A stretch of 63,481 bases of DNA, the filler included, from Octopus bimaculoides (Eukaryota), in NCBI RefSeq assembly GCF_001194135.2. It is 5 parts of 5 records of this genome, joined end to end, with 100 filler letters (N's around TTAATTAATTAA, not from the genome) between each part and the next. Parts side by side here need not be neighbours in the genome. Positions count along the whole stretch, not along the records: positions 1 to 27,148 come from NC_069005.1; 4 more parts are not named here. One strand, given 5' to 3'. A program made the position numbers and the translations under genes. The notes below the pieces were generated by a model. That model was not told where the DNA came from. It made no database searches and was given only the letters and a program-made list of their open reading frames with translations. This document shows positions 1 through 13,014 of this stretch, piece by piece; position 1 is the first letter of the stretch, and each line of letters begins with the position of its first letter.

Positions 1-80
<80 letters not shown>

Positions 81-229
81 AAAACTCACACACACACACA
101 TATATAAAAGCGTATGTGGGCACAGAACGTCATGAAACGTACGACAAAAATACGAAACATGAGTATATGGAACAGTGAAGAGAGAAGGCGAAAGTGGAGG
201 AAGAAGCGAACTGGGGTTGATAATTGTGG

Positions 230-650
230 TAGAGATGATGATGACGGGATACGACAATAATGATGATGATGATATTCATGAAGATGATGATAATGATGGT
301 GATACTGACGACGACGATGATGGCGATGATGATGGAGGACGACGATAATGGTGATGATATTGATGATGGTAATGATGATGATGATGATGATGATGACGAG
401 AGGGACGACGACGAGGATGATAGTGATGGCGGTGATGGTGACGACGACGATGACGACGATGACAGGATCGACGACGACGATGATGATGATATTGATGATG
501 GTTGTGATGATGATGTTGATGATAATGATGGTGGTGGTGGTGATGGTGGTAGAGGTAATCGCAGCAATAGCTATGATGATGATGATGATGACGACGACGA
601 TGATGATGATGATGATGATGATAATGACGACGACTTCGATGATGGCGGCG
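230..650. repeat. (GAT/GAC/GGT)n trinucleotide tract; similar tracts at 6851-7510, 14170-14650 and 31540-31660
   Basis: Simple-sequence repeat giving poly-Asp/Ile/His ORF artefacts. Confidence 0.9.
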
Positions 651-961
651 TTGAAAAGGCGACCAATAGGAAAAAAGTGAAGGAATGGATGTGGAGGGAA
701 GAAGAGGTGGAAACAAGACGCAGTAATCCTCAATCAAACATACCTTTGTCCTCCTACAAAGACGTGAAACCCGACAAATTAACATCTGAACTGATTAATC
801 TGCGTGAAATTTACGTAAACACACACACATACACACACACACACGTACACGTGCACGTACATACACACACGTTTACACACTCACAATAAATGTGTGTAAA
901 TATACACACACATTATATCTGAACCTGAGATGAAGATTTATCAATTTTTTACACTGATGCA

Positions 962-1120
962 TTCCTCCAGGGTCGACTTTACCTTTCATCCTTTCGGAGT
1001 CGATAAAATATATACCAGTTGTGTACTGGGGTCGACCTCGGCGGAATTTGAACTCAGAATGTAACGGCAGACGAAATATTGCTAAGTATTTCACCCGGCG
1101 TGCTACCAGTTCGCCGCCTT
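962..1120. mobile_element. Family B SINE pieces in opposite orientations
   Basis: A plus-strand 3' piece is joined to a minus-strand head at the palindrome GTCGAC (~1031). Confidence 0.65.
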
Positions 1121-1136
1121 AGACGGAGAGAATATT

Positions 1137-1335
1137 CATTTCTTTATTGCTCACAGGGGTCTAAACATAGAGGGGACAAACAAGAACAGAGAAAGGGATT
1201 AAGTCAATTACATCGACCACAGTACGAAACTAGTACTTAATTTATCGACCCCGAAAGGATGAAAGGTAAAGTCGACCTCGGCAGAATTTGAACTCAGAAC
1301 GTAGCGGGCTGACGTTTCTGCCAGCTCGCTGCCTT
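1137..1335 (-). mobile_element. SINE (family B here) with 16-bp target-site duplication
   Basis: Head ggcagcgagctggcagaaacg, B-box-like gagttcaaattc. Flanked by identical agacggagagaatatt at 1121-1136 and 1336-1351. Confidence 0.8.
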
Positions 1336-1842
1336 AGACGGAGAGAATATTAAAGAACTGACAGGATAGATTGACATTATATTTCGTTTATCTGCTTGGT
1401 TATTCGACACGTCCATGAAGCGGTGGAAATTGATCTTGCATTACGATTTAATTTCATAAGTTGATTGTTAATCAAATTATAATGTCTGAAGGTGTGAATG
1501 AACTCTAAATTCATTGCATAGCCTTTGTATGTAATATGAAATAAATTGCGGTCATTCACCGAAACGTACGTAACATTGATTTAACTACCTTTCCTCAATT
1601 AAAATCAATAATATTTACTCTGTGAGGATTACAGCGTACATATTCGATAGACGAAGTGGTTCTTCTATGATTAACTGAAATACAACCAATCAGGCTTTGT
1701 TTAATCAAAAGTGTACCATTTACACTGCTAGTCGAAGACTATACTAGCCAGATTCCTGTATTGAGGACTGTTGAGGTCATCACTTGGATTTTCCGTACCC
1801 TCTGAATTATTTTGTGCATATATGTAAATATATATATATATA

Positions 1843-1880
<38 letters not shown>

Positions 1881-2992
1881 CCTGCAGCATATGATGCTGC
1901 AGGTAACATGTGGCCCAGTACAACTTATCGCATGATCGACCCGTCGGTGACTTAAGAAGCAGCCCTGCCAAGTTTGCTTTGTAATAGGAGTGTTTTGCGT
2001 TGGACATCCTGCAGGACTCAGAGAGCGAATGAAGTCAGTAGAGTCAACGGCCATCCGACAACTGGGAAAGAGGAACGCCTAGTCATTAGATATATTTCGA
2101 GAAGAAGGAAAACTCTGATGTAACGTCTGCGACCTCGTTTGGATTCATTAATGTCGACCAGTTCTTGTCTTTGGTTTGGATAATTGCATACGTCGCTTAG
2201 AGCGTGAGACAAGGCCTTTCTACACTTTAAAAAGATACTGAAGCTCAGGCACTGCTTGATTTTTTTTATATCTCTCTTATGCATTACATGCTATGGCTAG
2301 CCATAGGTGTGGATGCTAAAGCTCTGAACTCCTACTGCAAGAGGCGCCCATCGTTGTCACATTGGATTGAAAGACTCGTTTGGAGAGAAAGCGTCAAAGT
2401 TTTTTCAACCCAACGTTTACATGCTATTGTTTATCACTTTATGTGTGCTTCGAGAGCCACTATTCCAATAAATGAAATTAACTATTTCACATTCTCTCGA
2501 AAGTTTATAAAATTTTCATGACATCAACAATACATATATATATATACATATATATATATACTATATAAATATATACAAATGTGCGTGTATGTGTGTGGTG
2601 TGTGTACGTGTGTGTGTGTATGTATGTGGGGGGAGCGTGCATGTGTACGTTTAAACTGTTTGACTCTGACAGTTATAACAGAACAAATGAAATTCGTCCA
2701 GGAGCATTTTACTTTTAAGACGAACGTCTACTATTTGGACAATGACTTTCTATATACATAATTGTCAGTGCGTGTGTGTGTGTGTGTGTGCATGTGCGTG
2801 TGTGTACACGAGTATATGGAAGAATGTGTGTGTGTGTGCGCTTGTCATAGAAATCTATAGAATATTCTAAAAAGAAACGTTAGTGTCACATTATGACAGC
2901 ACATAAATTTGAGATCTCACACGTGGTCGGTTGATGGTATGTGGGCATAGATTTATGTGTGAGCGAGTGTGCCTATATATATATATATATAT

Positions 2993-3023
<31 letters not shown>

Positions 3024-3749
3024 GACACACATTTATGTGCGTTTGACAAGCTTTTTTCGAGATAGAGGTCCGTTTGATTGTCTATGTTTATCAATATGCG
3101 TACGCATATGTAAGCATGTATCGTCGCTTATATGCATACATGCATGCAGGTGTGTATGTATATGCATGTGTCTATGTATGTATGTATGTATGTATGCATA
3201 TACACATACGTACACATGCATACACACCCACACACATATATATATATATACATATGTGTGTGTGTGTTTGAGTGTGTATGTGTATGTACATATAAATATG
3301 TGTGTGTGTGGATGCAGTTATTTGTCTACGTGTGCATGTATATGTATATGTAATTGATAATGTGCTGCGGGTGTATACATATATTTGCATGCATGCGTGC
3401 GTGCATGTGTGTTTGTGCGTGCGTGTGGAGGGGTGTCTAACTGTGTGTGTTTGTGTGTAATCGGTGTAAAGACGAACTGTTCGTTTGTCTATACAAAGAT
3501 TAGTTTATGCCATTGATTTTATACATAACCAAAACGGATTTTTAGATTGCTATGCAAAACTTCACACCGCTCATCTCACCTCTGTCTACTTTCAAATTTA
3601 TGTATTGTCGTCACGGGACGTTGATATTTTTTTGGTGAGGTTTTGCCGGTTATTCAATCATTGTATAAGCTAAAAGTATAAAGACACCTTTTCAAATGAT
3701 AACTTTACCTTGGAAACTTTTATGTACGAAATCCGAACCCCTTGAGTAA

Positions 3750-3898
3750 CTTTCGAAGTGATTTGCTTCCCAAACGCATGGCTCCGGGTTCAGTCCCACT
3801 GCGTGGCACCTTGAGAAAGTTCCTTCTACTATAGCTTCGGACCGACCAAAGCCTTCTGAGTGGATTTGCTAGACGGAAACTGAAAGAAGCCCGTCGTG
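3750..3898 (+). mobile_element. Family A SINE 5' half
   Basis: ccgggttcagtcccactgcgtggcacc...gacggaaactgaaagaagcccgtcg. Related copies at 13860-14060(-), 16710-16850(+), 34040-34170(+), 8920-9120(+), 28830-28905(+) and 54060-54150(-). Confidence 0.8.
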
Positions 3899-3906
3899 TA
3901 TGTATG

Positions 3907-3949
<43 letters not shown>

Positions 3950-5270
3950 NNNNNNNNNNNNNNNNNNNNNNNNNNNNNNNNNNNNNNNNNNNNNNNNNNN
4001 NNNNNNNNNNNNNNNNNNNNNNNNNNNNNNNNNNNNNNNNNNNNNNNNNNNNNNNNNNNNNNNNNNNNNNNNNNNNNNNNNNNNNNNNNNNNNNNNNNNN
4101 NNNNNNNNNNNNNNNNNNNNNNNNNNNNNNNNNNNNNNNNNNNNNNNNNNNNNNNNNNNNNNNNNNNNNNNNNNNNNNNNNNNNNNNNNNNNNNNNNNNN
4201 NNNNNNNNNNNNNNNNNNNNNNNNNNNNNNNNNNNNNNNNNNNNNNNNNNNNNNNNNNNNNNNNNNNNNNNNNNNNNNNNNNNNNNNNNNNNNNNNNNNN
4301 NNNNNNNNNNNNNNNNNNNNNNNNNNNNNNNNNNNNNNNNNNNNNNNNNNNNNNNNNNNNNNNNNNNNNNNNNNNNNNNNNNNNNNNNNNNNNNNNNNNN
4401 NNNNNNNNNNNNNNNNNNNNNNNNNNNNNNNNNNNNNNNNNNNNNNNNNNNNNNNNNNNNNNNNNNNNNNNNNNNNNNNNNNNNNNNNNNNNNNNNNNNN
4501 NNNNNNNNNNNNNNNNNNNNNNNNNNNNNNNNNNNNNNNNNNNNNNNNNNNNNNNNNNNNNNNNNNNNNNCGTATGTTACTATATATACTATGTATTTAT
4601 TTTCCTGTACAGCTGTCTGTCTGTACTCTATTTACTTAAAAATAAACAAGCGATCACAAAAGCATAAATATTATTATTCAATGTCTCATACTACATTTTT
4701 CTGAACCATTTTTGGGATCCTACACCTACCGTTTATCTGAAAAAAATTTTCTTAAATACTTGAAATGTTATCATAAAAGCTACACATTTCTATTCGTTAT
4801 TACATTCAATTATCTTCCCTTTTCTTAGATAGTTGCTCAATTCTGCCGCTAGAAATATGTTTATCCATCTACCCACTTCAATGTCTAGCAAGTTCTCGGC
4901 TTCTTAATGTAACATTCCTTAATAATAAGAATTACAGGAGCGATATTCATTGAAAACTTACTCCTCACTAATTTTCGTTCCGTACTTAGATGATTTTAAC
5001 ATTTTATTTCTTACTTTATCTCTATACAATAATAAAGAATGTGCTTTTTAATTAGTTATGAGCATGTAAATTTTATTAAAAGAAAGCTATTGTTAAAGTT
5101 TGCACCTTATAGAAAATTCTTAAAAATTCTATTTTAAAAAAAATTTTTTTAAATCAAAATGTCTTTTCAAAAGTCTTTTATTACTGAATATCCCAATTAC
5201 AGACATCAGTCAGAGAACTGAGTTTAATTCACCGCAAGATAACATTTTTATAACACTGCAGGATATTAAA

Positions 5271-5314
<44 letters not shown>

Positions 5315-5360
5315 NNNNNNNNNNNNNNNNNNNNNNNNNNNNNNNNNNNNNNNNNNNNNN

Positions 5361-5410
<50 letters not shown>

Positions 5411-5709
5411 CACTTCAAGACAATGAAACAATTTATAAATATTTATATTCTTGTTTATATTTCTTCCGGAAATCTAAAGGTTGCCTAAATTTGTGCAACG
5501 CTACTTCCTACAAACATATCAGTAAAAAACATTTCTCTAAATTGTAAGTTTAATCCAGAGTCAGCCAAATTGTGTTGGTTTCAGTAACCTTTCATATTTA
5601 TTGGGTGTTATTGAAGAAAATGGTTGGAAGAAAATGAATTGCACCAGATATAAACTTCTTTCATTGATGAGAACAATTTAGGCAACGAACTGACAGAACC
5701 ATTGACACT

Positions 5710-5870
5710 CCAGACAAAAAGCTTAGCACCATTTCGTCCGTCTTTACGTTCTGAGTTCAAATTCCGCCGAGGTAGACTTAACCTTTCATCTTCTCGGGGA
5801 TAAAATAAGTACCCGCCCCACCACTCCAATCAAAATTGGTGATCTGTGCCAAAATTTTGAAACCATCAAC
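5710..5870 (+). mobile_element. Family B SINE
   Basis: ttctgagttcaaattccgccgagg...cctttcatc...aataagtacc, shared with the other copies. Confidence 0.7.
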
Positions 5871-7679
5871 GGGGACATTTCTTATTGGAACATTTCCACT
5901 TTCTATTGCCACAATTGTCAACAGCATCGGCACCNNNNNNNNNNNNNNNNNNNNNNNNNNNNNNNNNNNNNNNNNNNNNNNNNNNNNNNNNNNNNNNNNN
6001 NNNNNNNNNNNNNNNNNNNNNNNNNNNNNNNNNNNNNNNNNNNNNNNNNNNNNNNNNNNNNNNNNNNNNNNNNNNNNNNNNNNNNNNNNNNNNNNNNNNN
6101 NNNNNNNNNNNNNNNNNNNNNNNNNNNNNNNNNNNNNNNNNNNNNNNNNNNNNNNNNNNNNNNNNNNNNNNNNNNNNNNNNNNNNNNNNNNNNNNNNNNN
6201 NNNNNNNNNNNNNNNNNNNNNNNNNNNNNNNNNNNNNNNNNNNNNNNNNNNNNNNNNNNNNNNNNNNNNNNNNNNNNNNNNNNNNNNNNNNNNNNNNNNN
6301 NNNNNNNNNNNNNNNNNNNNNNNNNNNNNNNNNNNNNNNNNNNNNNNNNNNNNNNNNNNNNNNNNNNNNNNNNNNNNNNNNNNNNNNNNNNNNNNNNNNN
6401 NNNNNNNNNNNNNNNNNNNNNNNNNNNNNNNNNNNNNNNNNNNNNNNNNNNNNNNNNNNNNNNNNNNNNNNNNNNNNNNNNNNNNNNNNNNNNNNNNNNN
6501 NNNNNNNNNNNNNNNNNNNNNNNNNNNNNNNNNNNNNNNNNNNNNNNNNNNNNNNNNNNNNNNNNNNNNNNNNNNNNNNNNNNNNNNNNNNNNNNNNNNN
6601 NNNNNNNNNNNNNNNNNNNNNNNNNNNNNNNNNNNNNNNNNNNNNNNNNNNNNNNNNNNNNNNNNNNNNNNNNNNNNNNNNNNNNNNNNNNNNNNNNNNN
6701 NNNNNNNNNNNNNNNNNNNNNNNNNNNNNNNNNNNNNNNNNNNNNNNNNNNNNNNNNNNNNNNNNNNNNNNNNNNNNNNNNNNNNNNNNNNNNNNNNNNN
6801 NNNNNNNNNNNNNNNNNNNNNNNNNNNNNNNNNNNNNNNNNNNNNNNNNNNCCACTACCGTCATTAGCTGCAGCACCAGAAGCACCACCACCACCACCAC
6901 CACCACCACCACCACCACCACCACTACTACTACCATCGCAATGACCATTTCTTGTGATAGCTGCAGCGGCAACTGTATGCTGCAACTATCGTTGCAATAG
7001 TCAACCTGTGTTGTGTCTATACAGTGATAAATGCGCGGATAAATAGCAACAGCTGGTGGTGGTGGTGGTGATGGTGGTGGTGGTGGTGGTGGTGATGGTG
7101 ATGGTGGTGGTGGTGGTGATGGTGGCGATGGTGGTGGTGATAATGAAGTCTGATGCTCTACTGCCTCAAACGTCCAGTTTTCTACTGATGATGATCATCA
7201 TCATGTTGATGGTGATGATGATGGTGATGATGTGATAGTCAAGAGGAGAAGAAGAGGGGAGGAGGAGAAGAAGAAGGCAGAGGAGGGGAGGAAGGCAGAG
7301 AAGGAGGAGGAGAAGAAGAAGAAGAAGAAGAAGATGATGATTATGATGATAATGATGAGGTGGAAGGGAGAAGTAGGAGGAGAAGGAATACGATGAAGAA
7401 GAGGTGGGCGAGAATGCTGCTCTCGTCGACACACGCGGCGCTAACAGTGCTGCTGCTGTTGCTACTGCTGCCGCTGCCGCTGCCGCTGATGATGATGATG
7501 ATGATGATGGCGATTAGTTTCTATCTCAGGTGCAAGGTCGAATATCAGCCAATAATATCGAACTGCAGTTAATGGCTCTGGGTTTTTGTATGTCATTAAT
7601 CCTACAAAGATGAAAAGCAAAATTTGACCACGGCAGGATTTGAACCCTTAACGTAATAAGTGTTTTGTCTGCCATTAAA

Positions 7680-8010
7680 CTGGCTCTCTGTCGATAACGA
7701 CGATGAGGGTTCCAGTTGTTCCAATCAACGCAACTAACGTGGAATTAACGTGCAAGGGGCTGAGTACTTCATAGACTTGCGTGCCTTTAACATAGTTCCC
7801 AAGGAGATTCGGTGTGACACAGAATGTGACAGGGCTGGTCCCTTTTGAATTACAGGTACAACTCATTTTTACCAGCTGAGTGGACTGGAGCAACGTGAAA
7901 TAAAGTGTCTTGCTCAAGTACACAACGCACCGCCGAATATCGAACTCACGACCTCGCGCTCGTGAGCCGAAAACTCAAACTACTAAGCCACGCGCCTTTA
8001 CACGCCGTTA
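7680..8010 (-). mobile_element. tRNA-derived SINE (family C here)
   Basis: ccagctgagtggactggagcaacgtgaaataaagtgtcttgctcaag...gaactcacgacc; second copy at 24075-24260. Confidence 0.75.
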
Positions 8011-8671
8011 AAGAACGACATCAAACACAGCCTTTGAAATGTTTGGAATTGGCCGCGTCCGTACAAGAGACTGTTGGAAAGATGGTGGATAATCTTGTGG
8101 GAGTCTACCAAATCAGTTGCCAGACGTCGGAGCTTTAATGTGGTCATGCCCAGGGAAGCAAGACGTTCAGGNNNNNNNNNNNNNNNNNNNNNNNNNNNNN
8201 NNNNNNNNNNNNNNNNNNNNNNNNNNNNNNNNNNNNNNNNNNNNNNNNNNNNNNNNNNNNNNNNNNNNNNNNNNNNNNNNNNNNNNNNNNNNNNNNNNNN
8301 NNNNNNNNNNNNNNNNNNNNNNNNNNNNNNNNNNNNATATATATAATTATTTAAAATTATTTAAAGCCAGAAATCCGGGATCTGGAATTATCTTGTTATT
8401 TTTACTGGTTTATTTTGTCTTCGTCTTCGCTCCTTGTGCTATGTGGACATTTATTGTGGTTTTAGAGTCAGGATTTGACTGCTATTTTTCAGCGTGGCGG
8501 TATCTCTTAGATACCTTGTATTATAATTTTAAATAATTATTACCTTTGATGGTTTTTATTCCCATGCTGGCCACTTGATAAAATCAATATTTTAAATATC
8601 GATCTTATCCTTATTTATTTATATATATATATATATAGATTTATCCTCCCTCTCTTTATTTTATCTTATTC

Positions 8672-8707
8672 CTTTCTGTTGAAGAGCGAAGGCTTGAAAC
8701 GTAAAAG
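8672..8707 (+). ncRNA. Minimal type I hammerhead-like motif (CUGUUGA core variant)
   Basis: CTTT-CTGTTGA-A-GAGC-GAAG-GCTT-GAAA-CGT-A-AAAG; same repeat family as the copy at 17266. Confidence 0.5.
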
Positions 8708-9139
8708 ACTTTCTCACTTTCCCGAGTGTCAAACTAATACACCTGCTTGTTGTTCATACACTTGTCTTCGTCTATAGTTTTGTCTGTAAATTTCAACTCT
8801 ATCCATCCATCCATCCATCCATCTATCTATCTATCCATCCATCTATCTATCTATATAGATAGATAGATAGATATACATATTCATATGCATATGCACGAAG
8901 GGGTGTTTGTGTGCTTCCCCCCCTACACACACGCTCACCACTTGAAAACCGGTTCTGTTTTATTTTCGTCGCTGAGTTACAAATTAGCGTTTTGGAAAAG
9001 GAAGCCGATAGAATAAGCATCAAACCTTAAAAATAAGTACTGGGGTCCATTTGATCGATTAAGCCCGTCGATGCGGTGCCCCAGCATGGCCGCGTTCTAA
9101 TGATTGGAGCAAGTAAAAGATAACAGATCACAGATAAAA

Positions 9140-9300
9140 GATTAGCCTGGTGCAGCACAAAAGAGAGCTGAATCCTAAAAACAAGATAATAGGTGTCAAT
9201 GCTATAGGTGTTTCAATAATAAGCTACGGTTATAGCGATCTCATTTGGAAGCTAAGTGAATTAGCAGAAACTGTACGGGGAAACAACGTTCTGTAATGAA
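9140..9300 (+). mobile_element. R4/Dong-like LINE fragment
   Basis: LNPKNKIIGVNAIGVSIISYGYSDLIWKLSEL, resembling the NKIxAIN...SY....W...EL motif of R4/NeSL-type ORFs. Confidence 0.5.
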
Positions 9301-9758
9301 AGCATGTAACATTCAGCACCTAAAAGCCGACACAGAACGATTACATTTGTCATGAATACAACAGTAGAAAGCTATTGTAAGATATCTTACTGTAAGACTT
9401 CGAAAATATTGTACAAACAATGGAGGAGAATTATTAGATATAGCTAGAAAAACATGAATAAAACAACAACAGCAACGACAACAACAACTGCTTTTTTCTT
9501 TCCCCGTTTCGAGAAGGCTAACAAATGTATGAAACGAGGCTGCGATAACGGACGTTTGTGAGGAGAAAATGTAAAACAACAATAGGAAGTATTATAAAAC
9601 TATAATAAACGCTAATTTAACAACGAGACAACAAAATGTCAGGCTAGGATATTATCAAGATTGGCGAAAGCGGAAGTTTAGAAACCAAATAATCAGCAAT
9701 GGTTGTGAGAAATCTAGGCTGAAAGCTAAGACTGGAGGAGTGATTGTTATTATCGTCA

Positions 9759-9817
<59 letters not shown>

Positions 9818-10211
9818 GNNNNNNNNNNNNNNNNNNNNNNNNNNNNNNNNNNNNNNNNNNNNNNNNNNNNNNNNNNNNNNNNNNNNNNNNNNNNNNNNNN
9901 NNNNNNNNNNNNNNNNNNNNNNNNNNNNNNNNNNNNNNNNNNNNNNNNNNNNNNNNNNNNNNNNNNNNNNNNNNNNNNNNNNNNNNNNNNNNNNNNNNNN
10001 NNNNNNNNNNNNNNNNNNNNNNNNNNNNNNNNNNNNNNNNNNNNNNNNNNNNNNNNNNNNNNNNNNNNNNNNNNNNNNNNNNNNNNNNNNNNNNNNNNNN
10101 NNNNNNNNNNNNNNNNNNNNNNNNNNNNNNNNNNNNNNNNNNNNNNNNNNNNNNNNNNNNNNNNNNNNNNNNNNNNNNNNNNNTCTTCTTCTTCTTATTA
10201 TTATTATTATT

Positions 10212-10415
10212 AAGGCGGCGAACCGGTAGAATTATTAACACGTTCGGGAGTATTTCGTCCGTCAGTAATTTTGAGTTCAAATTCCGTCGAAGTCGAATTT
10301 ACTTTTCATCCTTTCAGGATAGATTAAATAAGTACCAGTTGGGCACTGGGGTCGATGTAATTGACTTACCCCCTCCCCAAAATTTCAGGCCTTGTGCCTT
10401 CAAAAGAAAGGATTA
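10212..10415 (+). mobile_element. Family B SINE
   Basis: aaggcggcga head, gagttcaaattcc B-box, ggggtcgatgtaat core; ends in att repeats. Confidence 0.75.
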
Positions 10416-10460
10416 TTATTATTATAGAAAGGATTCAAGTAACTCCTCCTGAAGATATAG

Positions 10461-10652
10461 AGTCAAAATTACAAGAAGAGTGCCATTGTTATCTAGTGAA
10501 CGATATTTCGACATCTTGTGTTACCTCAATCCTTTCTATATTAACCAAAATGAAGTAGATTGATAAATTTATTTTTTGAACCAGTTAAAGACACACAAGA
10601 TGTCGAAATATTGTTCACTAGATAACAATGGCATTCTTCTTTTAATTTTGAC

Positions 10653-10653
<1 letters not shown>
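10461..10653. repeat. 61-bp inverted repeat with 71-bp spacer
   Basis: Arms 10461-10521 and 10593-10653, three mismatches. Confidence 0.9.
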
Positions 10654-10654
<1 letters not shown>

Positions 10655-10688
<34 letters not shown>

Positions 10689-10870
10689 GTTTGACTTTTG
10701 CTTTCTATTTATACAAGTTGACTCCAGGTCTCACCCAGAGACCTCAAGAGACAACAAGTTAGAAGTTCATGTTGGTGTTATGCCTAGGGTGTCATATATT
10801 TGGTTTTGCACATAGTATTGTTCTGGAGAATGTTTAAGAAAACATAAGAAAATTTTACGTATTTTCCATA
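10655..10870 (-). mobile_element. Non-LTR retroelement 3' UTR with (AAT)n tail
   Basis: Unique-looking segment that runs on the minus strand directly into an (AAT)n tract; family assignment uncertain. Confidence 0.4.
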
Positions 10871-12964
10871 GGATGATGATGATGATGATGATGACGGTCA
10901 TGTCGAACGATGGGTTTGTGTCTGTGCATGTATGTGCGCGTATGTAATTGTTTATATGTTTTTAAAACGTGTATCTTACTCTGTGTGTGCGTGTGCGTGC
11001 GTGTTTGTGTATGTGCATACGCGCCAGTGTATATCTATATGATTATACGCGTTCCTCATTTGTATCATATAAACATCATATTTGGTTTATACTATAGATG
11101 TGTTGCACATACATACATACACACACACACACGTACATATATACATACATACATACATACATACTTACTTACATATTCATACAAAACTTCATCATTTTAA
11201 TATCACTTTAATCCAACTACGAACAAATGTACCGAGGAAAAGTGTATATTTTCGTACATTATTCAAAATGTCCACCACCAAGCTCAATACGTAATCTGCA
11301 TCATTTTACAATTTTAACACTGCTAAAATCGAATTGCACGAACATTTTTCATGCCAATATATTTAAATATCTTTGAATTGAGCTGTAGGAGGTGGAGTTC
11401 NNNNNNNNNNNNNNNNNNNNNNNNNNNNNNNNNNNNNNNNNNNNNNNNNNNNNNNNNNNNNNNNNNNNNNNNNNNNNNNNNNNNNNNNNNNNNNNNNNNN
11501 NNNNNNNNNNNNNNNNNNNNNNNNNNNNNNNNNNNNNNNNNNNNNNNNNNNNNNNNNNNNNNNNNNNNNNNNNNNNNNNNNNNNNNNNNNNNNNNNNNNN
11601 NNNNNNNNNNNNNNNNNNNNNNNNNNNNNNNNNNNNNNNNNNNNNNNNNNNNNNNNNNNNNNNNNNNNNNNNNNNNNNNNNNNNNNNNNNNNNNNNNNNN
11701 NNNNNNNNNNNNNNNNNNNNNNNNNNNNNNNNNNNNNNNNNNNNNNNNNNNNNNNNNNNNNNNNNNNNNNNNNNNNNNNNNNNNNNNNNNNNNNNNNNNN
11801 NNNNNNNNNNNNNNNNNNNNNNNNNNNNNNNNNNNNNNNNNNNNNNNNNNNNNNNNNNNNNNNNNNNNNNNNNNNNNNNNNNNNNNNNNNNNNNNNNNNN
11901 NNNNNNNNNNNNNNNNNNNNNNNNNNNNNNNNNNNNNNNNNNNNNNNNNNNNNNNNNNNNNNNNNNNNNNNNNNNNNNNNNNNNNNNNNNNNNNNNNNNN
12001 NNNNNNNNNNNNNNNNNNNNNNNNNNNNNNNNNNNNNNNNNNNNNNNNNNNNNNNNNNNNNNNNNNNNNNNNNNNNNNNNNNGGACTATATAGAAGAAAT
12101 GGTCTTTACGTTTCAAGGAGGGGAAATTCGATCTCATAAACTCCCCGCTTTCCAGCCAACCTGTTGTTCAGTTTAATGAGGTTCAGTTGAACAATCTCAT
12201 CCACGAGTAACTGCACCAGTCCAGTAGGGGGGAATTGGGCCCCAGCAGATGGAATGCTTTCATAACACCATCACCCGTCACCTTACCACGTGGGGGTAAT
12301 GATCGAAATCTCGGTATATGGGTTTCACACGCTCTGAACGAAAGAGACAATCAATGGAGTAAAAAAAAAATAGTAAAAAATGAACGAATTGATCTGATAA
12401 CCCCAAAGTAATAGATAACTGTGTTTCAGGAAGACTGTTTGGCCTTCCAGGCATAGGTGGGCTTGCGTCTCAGTCTGTAGATCTTATACCTGAGTTGCTT
12501 AAATGTTTTACGGATGCTGACATGGCAAGGAAAGTTCCAATTTATTTCTTGCTTCTTCATTCTTTCGACTTCTACGATTCGTTCGTCGTATTCGTTGCGT
12601 CACCATTTAAGAACGATGATTATTTTCTCGTTTTTTTTTTATCACAATTCATACGTGCAAACATATGCGCATACATACACACACATATTTGTGTGCCTGT
12701 ATGCGTAAACATGTGTGTATATGTATGTGTGTATGTATATATATAATATAAATTGGAGTTATATATATATATACACACACGTGTGTGTGTGATGTATGGA
12801 TGGATAAATACGCATTCTCAGCACACATGCGCAAACACAAGACAAATACACACACACAAACACACACACAGAGAAAGAAAGAGAGAGAGTGAAAGAACGA
12901 GAAAGACAGTGAGAGAGAAAAAATGAGAGATCAAAAATATATATATATAGGGAGAGGGAGAGAA

Positions 12965-13014
<50 letters not shown>

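Noticed and set aside
86-889. Long poly-Asp/Ile/His ORFs
   Set aside because: They are translations of a (GAT)n microsatellite with no domain or splice support; the same applies to the YI/CV/HT/SL ORFs throughout.
1540-1575. ggt-cattc-acc-GAAACGTA hairpin resembling half a hammerhead
   Set aside because: No CUGANGA upstream and no stem I.
2020-2430. Possible Tc1 transposase remnant (EERLVIRYISRR)
   Set aside because: Resemblance is too weak and no catalytic motifs or TIRs were seen.
3896-12139. 200-370 aa ORFs full of X
   Set aside because: They span N gaps and are artefacts.
12090-12150. Minus-strand GAAACGTAAAGAC like the hammerhead family tail
   Set aside because: Core reads TTTATGA and stem II does not pair.
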